Assembly: GCF_988242995.1 (NCBI RefSeq)
Contig: NZ_OZ547043.1
Length of the DNA: 64,000 nt
Strand: one strand, 5' to 3'
Below, piece after piece: positions 56,678-64,000 of this stretch. Under the pieces are notes generated by a model. That model worked only from the letters and a program-made list of their open reading frames with translations. It ran no database searches and was not told the origin of the DNA. Made by a program: the position numbers and the translations under genes. Numbering within the stretch: the stretch's first letter is position 1; each line of letters opens with the position of its first letter.

Positions 56678-56964
56678 ATGCCGTAACAGTTAATGATGAC
56701 GGTCTGGTTTTACGGCTCTATATTCAGCCGAAAGCCAGCCGTGATTCTATTGTCGGTTTACATGGCGACGAAGTTAAAGTCGCCATTACCGCGCCGCCGG
56801 TTGACGGCCAGGCCAACAGTCATCTGGTGAAGTTTCTCGGTAAGCAATTCCGGGTTGCCAAAAGCCAGGTGGTGATTGAAAAAGGCGAACTTGGCCGCCA
56901 CAAACAAATTAAAATCATTAATCCGCAACAAATCCCGCCAGAAATCGCGGCGTTAATTAATTAG
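56674..56964 (+). CDS. yggU: UPF0235 (DUF167) protein YggU, 96 aa
   Basis: ATGA overlap with the yggT stop; ...[26 protein letters not shown]... Confidence 0.85.
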   Translation: MNAVTVNDDGLVLRLYIQPKASRDSIVGLHGDEVKVAITAPPVDGQANSHLVKFLGKQFRVAKSQVVIEKGELGRHKQIKIINPQQIPPEIAALIN

Positions 56965-56971
56965 GTATCCT

Positions 56972-57565
56972 ATGCAAAAAGTTGTCCTCGCAACCGGCAA
57001 TGTCGGTAAAGTGCGTGAGCTGGCGTCGCTGCTTAGCGACTTCGGTCTTGATATCGTGGCCCAAACAGACCTCGGCGTTGATTCCGCTGAAGAAACCGGC
57101 CTGACCTTTATCGAAAACGCGATTCTGAAAGCGCGCCATGCGGCAAAAGTGACCGCTTTACCGGCAATTGCCGACGACTCTGGTCTGGCGGTAGATGTGC
57201 TTGGCGGCGCGCCGGGCATTTACTCCGCGCGTTATTCCGGTGAAGACGCGACCGATCAAAAGAATCTGCAAAAACTGCTGGAAACAATGAAAGACGTACC
57301 GGACGACCAACGTCAGGCGCGTTTCCACTGCGTGCTGGTATATCTGCGTCACGCGGAAGATCCCACTCCGCTGGTATGCCACGGTAGCTGGCCGGGCGTG
57401 ATTACTCGTGAACCAGCGGGCACTGGTGGCTTTGGTTATGATCCAATCTTCTTCGTACCTTCCGAAGGGAAAACCGCCGCCGAACTGACCCGCGAAGAAA
57501 AGAGCGCCATTTCCCACCGTGGTCAGGCGTTGAAACTGCTGCTGGACGCTTTACGTAATGGTTAA
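56972..57565 (+). CDS. rdgB: dITP/XTP pyrophosphatase, 197 aa
   Basis: [36 protein letters not shown]... matches RdgB. Confidence 0.95.
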   Translation: MQKVVLATGNVGKVRELASLLSDFGLDIVAQTDLGVDSAEETGLTFIENAILKARHAAKVTALPAIADDSGLAVDVLGGAPGIYSARYSGEDATDQKNLQKLLETMKDVPDDQRQARFHCVLVYLRHAEDPTPLVCHGSWPGVITREPAGTGGFGYDPIFFVPSEGKTAAELTREEKSAISHRGQALKLLLDALRNG

Positions 57566-58694
57566 ATTACCTCCGCTGAGTCTCTACATTCACATCCCGT
57601 GGTGCGTGCAGAAATGCCCGTACTGCGATTTCAACTCTCACGCGTTGAAAGGAGAAGTGCCGCACGACGATTATGTTCAGCATCTGCTTAACGATCTGGA
57701 CAACGATGTGGCTTACGCTCAGGGCCGTGAAGTAAAGACAATCTTTATTGGCGGTGGTACGCCGAGCCTGCTTTCCGGCCCGGCGATGCAAACGCTGCTG
57801 GACGGCGTGCGTGCGCGTTTGCCGCTGGCAGCGGATGCAGAAATTACTATGGAAGCGAACCCTGGCACGGTAGAAGCCGATCGCTTTGTCGATTATCAGC
57901 GTGCTGGTGTGAACCGCATCTCTATTGGTGTGCAGAGTTTTAGCGAAGAAAAGCTGAAACGACTTGGGCGTATTCATGGCCCGCAAGAAGCGAAACGCGC
58001 GGCGAAGCTGGCGAGCGGTTTAGGGTTACGTAGCTTTAACCTTGATTTGATGCATGGGCTGCCGGATCAATCACTGGAAGAGGCGCTTGGCGATCTACGC
58101 CAGGCCATTGAACTGAATCCGCCGCATCTTTCCTGGTATCAACTGACCATCGAACCCAATACGCTGTTTGGTTCGCGACCACCGGTGCTGCCGGACGATG
58201 ACGCGTTGTGGGATATATTCGAACAGGGGCATCAGTTATTAACCGCAGCGGGTTATCAGCAATATGAAACTTCCGCTTACGCCAAACCCGGTTATCAGTG
58301 CCAGCACAATCTCAACTACTGGCGCTTTGGTGACTACATCGGTATTGGCTGCGGCGCACACGGCAAAGTGACCTTCCCGGATGGGCGCATTCTGCGTACC
58401 ACCAAAACGCGTCATCCGCGTGGTTTTATGCAAGGAAGGTATCTGGAAAGCCAGCGTGATGTCGAAGCCACAGATAAGCCGTTTGAGTTCTTTATGAATC
58501 GCTTCCGTCTGCTGGAGGCCGCGCCGCGCGTGGAGTTTATTGCGTATACCGGGCTTTGCGAAGATGTGATTCGCCCACAGTTAGACGAGGCGATTGCCCA
58601 GGGTTATCTCACCGAATGTGCGGATTACTGGCAGATAACGGAACATGGGAAGCTGTTTTTAAATTCGCTGCTGGAGCTTTTTCTGGCTGAGTAA
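57558..58694 (+). CDS. hemW: Radical-SAM heme chaperone HemW, 378 aa
   Basis: CxxxCxxC radical SAM motif ([11 protein letters not shown]); overlaps the rdgB 3' end by 8 nt. Confidence 0.9.
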   Translation: MVKLPPLSLYIHIPWCVQKCPYCDFNSHALKGEVPHDDYVQHLLNDLDNDVAYAQGREVKTIFIGGGTPSLLSGPAMQTLLDGVRARLPLAADAEITMEANPGTVEADRFVDYQRAGVNRISIGVQSFSEEKLKRLGRIHGPQEAKRAAKLASGLGLRSFNLDLMHGLPDQSLEEALGDLRQAIELNPPHLSWYQLTIEPNTLFGSRPPVLPDDDALWDIFEQGHQLLTAAGYQQYETSAYAKPGYQCQHNLNYWRFGDYIGIGCGAHGKVTFPDGRILRTTKTRHPRGFMQGRYLESQRDVEATDKPFEFFMNRFRLLEAAPRVEFIAYTGLCEDVIRPQLDEAIAQGYLTECADYWQITEHGKLFLNSLLELFLAE

Positions 58695-58701
58695 ACTTGT
58701 A

Positions 58702-58826
58702 TTGCCGGATGCGGCGTGAACGCCTTATCCAGCCGACATGTGGCAGCGGTTGTAGGTCTGATAAGACGCGCAAGCGTCGCATCAGACGTTGATTGCCGGA
58801 TGCGGGGTCAACGCCGCATCCTGCTA
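58702..58826. repeat. REP/BIME cluster between hemW and yggM
   Basis: Three REP units of gccggatgcggcgtgaacgccttatcc type. Confidence 0.8.
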
Positions 58827-58848
58827 CAAATCGTGCACTATATCAAAC

Positions 58849-59856
58849 TTACTTAATCACCCCATTGCGCCGCAGTTGTTCGGTATCTTTTTTCCAGCGT
58901 TCATTAGCCTGGTTGATATCGTCAATTTTCATCAAAATCGCGACTTTTTTACTGTTTATTTCTGAAACTTTCATCGTTAACGGATATTGCCCTTTTTCGA
59001 GCGTTACCCAGTCATCCTGCAATTTACGGCTAAGTTTTTGTGATTGCAGAAAAGTCTGTCGCCGTTGTTCGTTGATATCGAAATCTCGTTTCTGCTGAAT
59101 CGGCACTTCATAACACTCTTCACTCTGTTTATGACATGCCGCAATCGCCGGTTGATAAACCTCTTTGTCATATTTAACCGCGAACGCCTCGCTATCGTTC
59201 TGTTTATTAAACTCATCACGCTGTTGGTGAATTTTTTTAAAGGCGTCTTCGCGGGTCATTTGCTTACCGTTTGCATCTTTTCCCCAATATGCATCCGCTG
59301 CTTTCTGCGCCGCCACCATTTGCTTATCAAGCGCTTTCACTTCCTTTTCCAGCGCAGGAATCGAGTTCTTCTGGGTATTCAACGCAGATTCAAGCTGACT
59401 AAAGCGATAATTGAAATCTTCGCTATTCACGATCAGATATTTATTATTCGTTTTGATATCGTCGACCACCCGCCCACGATCGCTGGCTGCCGCCTGAAAA
59501 GAGTAAAAGTTCACCGACCAGCCAGACGCGGGCGTTCCTTTACTGGTTAACATCGCCGAGAATTTTACCGGTTTATCTTTCGTCCAGGTCTGTTCGAGCA
59601 GTTCGTAATCTGCCAACTGACCGACCCAGGTATAGAGATCGTCACTGGAAGAGACATCGCCTTCCGCTGACCAGGTGGCCTGATTACCCTTAGCATCAAG
59701 ATTTTTTAAGGTGATAGCATCAAGCTTGAGAATGCCGTGATACTGCTTTTTGAATTGATCTTTTAAGATATTTTCAGTTGGTGGTTCGCCATCTGCCCAG
59801 ACATTACCTGTCATCAACATAAGCAGCGCCGTGCCAACAATCCATTGCTTTTTCAC
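58849..59856 (-). CDS. yggM: Periplasmic DUF1202 protein YggM, 335 aa
   Basis: Signal peptide MKKQWIVGTALLMLMTGNVWA; matches YggM. Confidence 0.85.
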   Translation of the reverse strand: MKKQWIVGTALLMLMTGNVWADGEPPTENILKDQFKKQYHGILKLDAITLKNLDAKGNQATWSAEGDVSSSDDLYTWVGQLADYELLEQTWTKDKPVKFSAMLTSKGTPASGWSVNFYSFQAAASDRGRVVDDIKTNNKYLIVNSEDFNYRFSQLESALNTQKNSIPALEKEVKALDKQMVAAQKAADAYWGKDANGKQMTREDAFKKIHQQRDEFNKQNDSEAFAVKYDKEVYQPAIAACHKQSEECYEVPIQQKRDFDINEQRRQTFLQSQKLSRKLQDDWVTLEKGQYPLTMKVSEINSKKVAILMKIDDINQANERWKKDTEQLRRNGVIK

Positions 59857-59938
59857 CCGAAAACCCTCGCGCAGAATAATTTATTCCGGTGATTATCATT
59901 AGGGTAATTAAAATTGGCAATGGACGTGAGTCTGAAGT

Positions 59939-59965
59939 GAAAAAGCCCCGGCACGATACCGGGGC
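59939..59965 (-). terminator. Intrinsic terminator downstream of ansB
   Basis: gccccggtatcgtgccggggc hairpin followed by a 5-T run on the minus strand. Confidence 0.7.
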
Positions 59966-59972
59966 GAGGCGA

Positions 59973-61019
59973 TTAGTACTGATTGAAGATCTGCTGGATC
60001 TGCTGCGGATCTTTGGTTTGCGTCAGAGCCAGTTGCAGCAGAACGCGCGCTTTTTGCGGGTTCAGCGTGCCAGAGGCGACGAAGCCGTATTTCGCATCAT
60101 CCACTTCGGCATCCTGAGTGGTAGCGCCCGTCGGTACGCGGGAAGAACGCACGACTGCAGTACCGGTTTTCGCGGCGGTCGCCAGCGTGTCGAACACAGA
60201 TTTATACAGGTTGCCGTTACCCACACCAGCGCTAACGATGCCATCATAGCCCGCATCTACCAGTGCTTTAGCCGGAAGATCGGATGCGTTAGCGTAGTTA
60301 TAAACAATGCCGACTTTCGGCAGTTCATTCAGCTTAGAGACATCGAATGGCGTGTCGCTGGTATGCTTACGTGCCGGGGTACGCTGGTAGTCAATCTTAC
60401 CGTTGTGAATGTAACCCAGAGGACCGTAGTTAACAGACTTGAAGGTCGCTACGTCGGTGGTGTTGGTTTTGGTGACGTCACGGCCATCAAGCACGGTGTC
60501 ATTCATCACTACCAGCACGCCACGGTTGGCGGAGGCTTTATCAGCTGCGGTCACTACCGCGTTATACAGGTTGAATGGACCGTCTGCGCTCATAGACGTG
60601 GACGGACGCATTGCGCCGACCATCACCACCGGTTTGTCGCATTTCACCGTCAGGTCGAGGAAGTAAGCAGTTTCTTCCATCGTGTCGGTACCGTGGGTAA
60701 TGACGAAGCCGTCGGTCTTATCGCAGTCGGTGTTAATTTTTTTCGCCAGTGTCAGCCAGACATTATCGTTCATGTCCTGGGAGCCGATATTCACTACCTG
60801 CTCGCCTTTAACGTTCGCAATGTCTTTTAGTTGCGGCACCGCATTAACCAGATTTTCTACGCCAACTTTACCCGCTGTGTAGTTAGATTTGGTTGCGGAG
60901 TCACCACCACCGGCAATGGTCCCGCCGGTTGCTAAAATGGTGATATTGGGTAATGCCAATGCTGCACCACTAAAACCCATAACCAGTGCGGCAAGTGCCG
61001 TCTTTTTGAAAAACTCCAT
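59973..61019 (-). CDS. ansB: Periplasmic L-asparaginase II, 348 aa
   Basis: MEFFKKTALAALVMGFSGAALALPNITILATGGTIAGGGDSA... matches AnsB. Confidence 0.97.
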   Translation of the reverse strand: MEFFKKTALAALVMGFSGAALALPNITILATGGTIAGGGDSATKSNYTAGKVGVENLVNAVPQLKDIANVKGEQVVNIGSQDMNDNVWLTLAKKINTDCDKTDGFVITHGTDTMEETAYFLDLTVKCDKPVVMVGAMRPSTSMSADGPFNLYNAVVTAADKASANRGVLVVMNDTVLDGRDVTKTNTTDVATFKSVNYGPLGYIHNGKIDYQRTPARKHTSDTPFDVSKLNELPKVGIVYNYANASDLPAKALVDAGYDGIVSAGVGNGNLYKSVFDTLATAAKTGTAVVRSSRVPTGATTQDAEVDDAKYGFVASGTLNPQKARVLLQLALTQTKDPQQIQQIFNQY

Positions 61020-61194
61020 TTCATTCCTCCAGTTACGTGAACGCTACGCATTATCCCTTAGCTCTGTATGGGAAATTTGACGTTAAACAATTTACAACGT
61101 GAATATATTTTGGAGATCTACAAAGTTAGAGGCAGGTAACAAAACGAAGAATTAAACGGCATAAAAAAGTATTATGCCGTCTTAAAATAGAGGA

Positions 61195-61914
61195 TTATTT
61201 TAAATTCCCGACCAGGGCTTTGCGGCTATCTTCCAGAGTCACAACGCGGCTACAAACATCTTTGCCAAACTGCTGGAAATCTTTTTCCTGCTTTTTCCAC
61301 TCGGTTTGGATTGAGGATTGCAGCCCCCCCAGGCTTCCCAGCACATTCTGTAATGGGTTACCGCCGCTTTTCAGCACCGCTTTCGCGCCCATTTCATTAA
61401 TGCTGTCCTGTAAAATTCCACCCATTGCCTGATTCACTAATTGCTGGCCTTCGGCGCGAACCTGATCAATGGCTTTATAGTGAAACGTCAGGCCATCGCT
61501 GCGCGTTTCAATAATGCGGTTCATCTGCTCTTTCAGCTGCGCATCAAGTTTGGTCAGACGGCTGCGCATTTTGCTGCTTTCGCCCATCTCCTGAACGATA
61601 ATTTTATCCAGAGCAATACGGGCTTTCTCGACGCGGCTTTTCGCGCCTTCATCAATCCACGGCAGCGTGCTGCGTAGTTCAGCCTGATAATCCTTCGCCT
61701 GCTCGCGCTGGGCAGCATTCAGGGAATATTGCTTACCGTTATACATCACGTTGCCGTCTGGCGTGATCACCAGATTGCCGTTTTCGCCCTTCACCTGCAC
61801 GGTTTGCGGGCTGACAATCACATCGTCACGCGGCGTGACGCTGCACTGGTAGTCGGCGTGAGCGGTCATTGCCGTCACTGAAAGTGCTGCCGCCAGCAGC
61901 ATTTTGCGCATCAT
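61195..61914 (-). CDS. yggN: Periplasmic DUF2884 protein YggN, 239 aa
   Basis: Signal peptide MMRKMLLAAALSVTAMTAHA; matches YggN. Confidence 0.85.
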   Translation of the reverse strand: MMRKMLLAAALSVTAMTAHADYQCSVTPRDDVIVSPQTVQVKGENGNLVITPDGNVMYNGKQYSLNAAQREQAKDYQAELRSTLPWIDEGAKSRVEKARIALDKIIVQEMGESSKMRSRLTKLDAQLKEQMNRIIETRSDGLTFHYKAIDQVRAEGQQLVNQAMGGILQDSINEMGAKAVLKSGGNPLQNVLGSLGGLQSSIQTEWKKQEKDFQQFGKDVCSRVVTLEDSRKALVGNLK

Positions 61915-61928
61915 AGTCTTCCCTCAAG

Positions 61929-61955
61929 AAAAAATCAGGCCAGCATTTGCTGGCC
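61929..61955 (-). terminator. Intrinsic terminator of the trmB-yggL transcript
   Basis: ggccagcaaatgctggcc hairpin followed by tgattttttc on the minus strand. Confidence 0.6.
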
Positions 61956-61985
61956 CCAGATTGATAACAAAGTACGCGTTTTCCA

Positions 61986-62066
61986 TGCCGGATGCGGCGT
62001 AAACACCTTATCCCGCCTACTCGATCGTGCATCTTTCCAGGCCTGATAAGCGTAGCGCATCAGGCA
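61986..62066. repeat. REP element(s) downstream of yggL
   Basis: gccggatgcggcgtaaacaccttatcc ... gcctgataagcgtagcgcatcaggc. Confidence 0.75.
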
Positions 62067-62097
62067 GTTTTGCATTTGTCATCGCCCGTATGCTTTC

Positions 62098-62424
62098 TTA
62101 GTCCCACCAAACGTCGAAAAGTTCGCTGGTGCGTACCTCATCCAGTTTGCGCTCTTCCAGCCACTTACGCACAATCGCCTGATGTTCTTCGGTGCATTTG
62201 CCGATTTCCTGCATGCAGATCAGACCTTCCCAGGCCAGATAACCGCTGCCGTCAAAGGCCAGTTTGTTCGGTTCGATAACCTCGTTAATAAAATCATCAA
62301 CGGTTTTATCAATCTGTTCTTCCGATGTACCTTCCGGGAATCGCCATGCCACCGAAAATCCTAATTCCTGGAATTCGTCGATGTGCATTTTTTTACGCAG
62401 ACGACGGCTACGGTTCTTTGCCAT
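62098..62424 (-). CDS. yggL: DUF469 protein YggL, 108 aa
   Basis: [29 protein letters not shown]...; start overlaps the trmB stop. Confidence 0.9.
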   Translation of the reverse strand: MAKNRSRRLRKKMHIDEFQELGFSVAWRFPEGTSEEQIDKTVDDFINEVIEPNKLAFDGSGYLAWEGLICMQEIGKCTEEHQAIVRKWLEERKLDEVRTSELFDVWWD

Positions 62425-63143
62425 TATTTCACCCTCTCGAACATTAAGTCCCATACTCCGTGACCAAGACGATGACCACGTTGTTCAAATTTCGTCACCG
62501 GACGTGATGCCGGACGCGGTACGTAATCATTGCTCTCTGACAGGTTTTTATAACCGTCAATAGAAGACATCACTTCAAGCATATGTTCCGCATAAGGTTC
62601 CCAGTCGGTCGCCATATGGAATACGCCCCCCAGCTGCAGTTTGCTTTTTACCAGTTCGGCAAACGGCACCTGAACGATACGGCGTTTATTATGGCGCGCT
62701 TTGTGCCACGGGTCAGGGAAAAAGAGCTGCACCATGCGCAATGAATTGTCAGGAATCATTTTATGCAGCACTTCAACCGCATCGTGACACATCACGCGCA
62801 GGTTGCTTAAACCTTCTTCATGCGCAGAAGCCAGGCACGCACCAACGCCCGGTGAATGCACTTCAATGCCGAGGAAGTCCTGCTCAGGGCGATCTTTAGC
62901 CATTGCCACCAGCGACGCCCCCATGCCAAAACCAATCTCAAGCGTCACCGGCGCTTCACGGCCAAAAAGCGCGGGGAAATCCAGCATATCTTCGCTGAAC
63001 TCAACGCCCATCACCGGCCAGTAGTTTTCCAGCGCATGTTCCTGGCCTTTGGTCAGTCGCCCCTGGCGGCGCACAAAACTACGGATACGGCGCAGTGGGC
63101 GGCCGTTTTCATCAAATTCCGGTGAAATGACGTCGTTTTTCAT
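62424..63143 (-). CDS. trmB: tRNA (guanine-N7)-methyltransferase, 239 aa
   Basis: [38 protein letters not shown]... matches TrmB. Confidence 0.95.
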   Translation of the reverse strand: MKNDVISPEFDENGRPLRRIRSFVRRQGRLTKGQEHALENYWPVMGVEFSEDMLDFPALFGREAPVTLEIGFGMGASLVAMAKDRPEQDFLGIEVHSPGVGACLASAHEEGLSNLRVMCHDAVEVLHKMIPDNSLRMVQLFFPDPWHKARHNKRRIVQVPFAELVKSKLQLGGVFHMATDWEPYAEHMLEVMSSIDGYKNLSESNDYVPRPASRPVTKFEQRGHRLGHGVWDLMFERVK

Positions 63144-63303
63144 AAAGGTTTAGTCGCTTGTGAAAGTGTTCTGAAAACGGGCATTATCCAAAGTTAGTTG
63201 CCGGATGCAAGCATGATAAGGCCGTGGCTGCGGAAAGTTCCGGTTTACACCCTGCCGTCGCTGTGCTGCAATCTTGCCCCCAACAACAGTGAATTCGGTG
63301 ACC

Positions 63304-64000
63304 ATGCAAGCGTCGCAATTTTCAGCCCAGGTTCTGGACTGGTACGATAAATACGGGCGGAAAACGCTGCCCTGGCAAATTGACAAGACGCCCTACAAAG
63401 TATGGCTCTCAGAAGTGATGTTGCAACAAACTCAGGTTGCGACCGTTATCCCCTATTTTGAACGCTTTATGGCGCGCTTCCCGACGGTGACCGATCTCGC
63501 CAATGCGCCGCTCGACGAAGTTCTCCACTTGTGGACCGGGCTTGGCTATTACGCCCGCGCGCGCAACCTGCATAAAGCGGCACAACAAGTGGCGACCTTA
63601 CACGGCAGTAAATTCCCGGAAACCTTTGAAGAAGTCGCGGCGTTACCGGGCGTCGGGCGTTCCACCGCAGGCGCGATTCTCTCGCTTTCTCTGGGTAAGC
63701 ACTTTCCGATTCTCGACGGTAACGTCAAACGGGTGCTGGCGCGCTGCTATGCTGTAAGCGGCTGGCCAGGGAAAAAAGAGGTCGAGAATAAATTATGGAG
63801 TTTGAGCGAGCAGGTGACGCCCGCGGTTGGCGTGGAACGGTTTAATCAGGCGATGATGGATTTGGGTGCGATGATTTGTACGCGCTCGAAACCGAAATGT
63901 TCGCTCTGTCCGCTACAAAACGGATGTATTGCCGCCGCCAACAATAGCTGGGCGCTTTATCCGGGCAAAAAACCGAAACAGACGCTGCCGGAGCGCACCG
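63304..64000 (+). CDS. mutY: Adenine DNA glycosylase MutY (3' end lies outside window)
   Basis: [45 protein letters not shown]...; HhH-GPD fold; frame is open to the window end, so absent from the ORF track. Confidence 0.9.
   Translation, partial: MQASQFSAQVLDWYDKYGRKTLPWQIDKTPYKVWLSEVMLQQTQVATVIPYFERFMARFPTVTDLANAPLDEVLHLWTGLGYYARARNLHKAAQQVATLHGSKFPETFEEVAALPGVGRSTAGAILSLSLGKHFPILDGNVKRVLARCYAVSGWPGKKEVENKLWSLSEQVTPAVGVERFNQAMMDLGAMICTRSKPKCSLCPLQNGCIAAANNSWALYPGKKPKQTLPERT

Overview
This window reads as an Escherichia coli-type chromosomal segment, collinear with the K-12 bglA to mutY region, carrying three gene blocks that I do not recall in the K-12 backbone. All identifications come from reading the translated ORFs and the DNA against remembered E. 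coli proteins; no database search or computation was run. The region is densely coding on both strands: about 67 CDS plus the 6S RNA gene ssrS. I found no tRNA, rRNA or CRISPR array. Many ORF-track entries are upstream extensions to the first in-frame ATG/GTG/TTG; I trimmed these to the start that matches the known protein N-terminus and a Shine-Dalgarno sequence. The three blocks that look accessory are: (1) a five-gene operon at 28761-31837 between epd and yggC, encoding a PPC/DUF296 protein and a complete ECF-type transporter (S, T, A, A' components), which is the best candidate for an undescribed system; (2) a solitary SPFH/band-7 membrane protein at 37541-38449 with an IS200 copy directly downstream, between cmtB and tktA; (3) an orphan lipoprotein gene at 43337-44068 between speB and speA. 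Also present are the intact sbm-argK-scpB-scpC methylmalonyl-CoA operon, the cmtBA-yggP-yggF-yggD-yggC cluster, several REP clusters and a number of clear intrinsic terminators.
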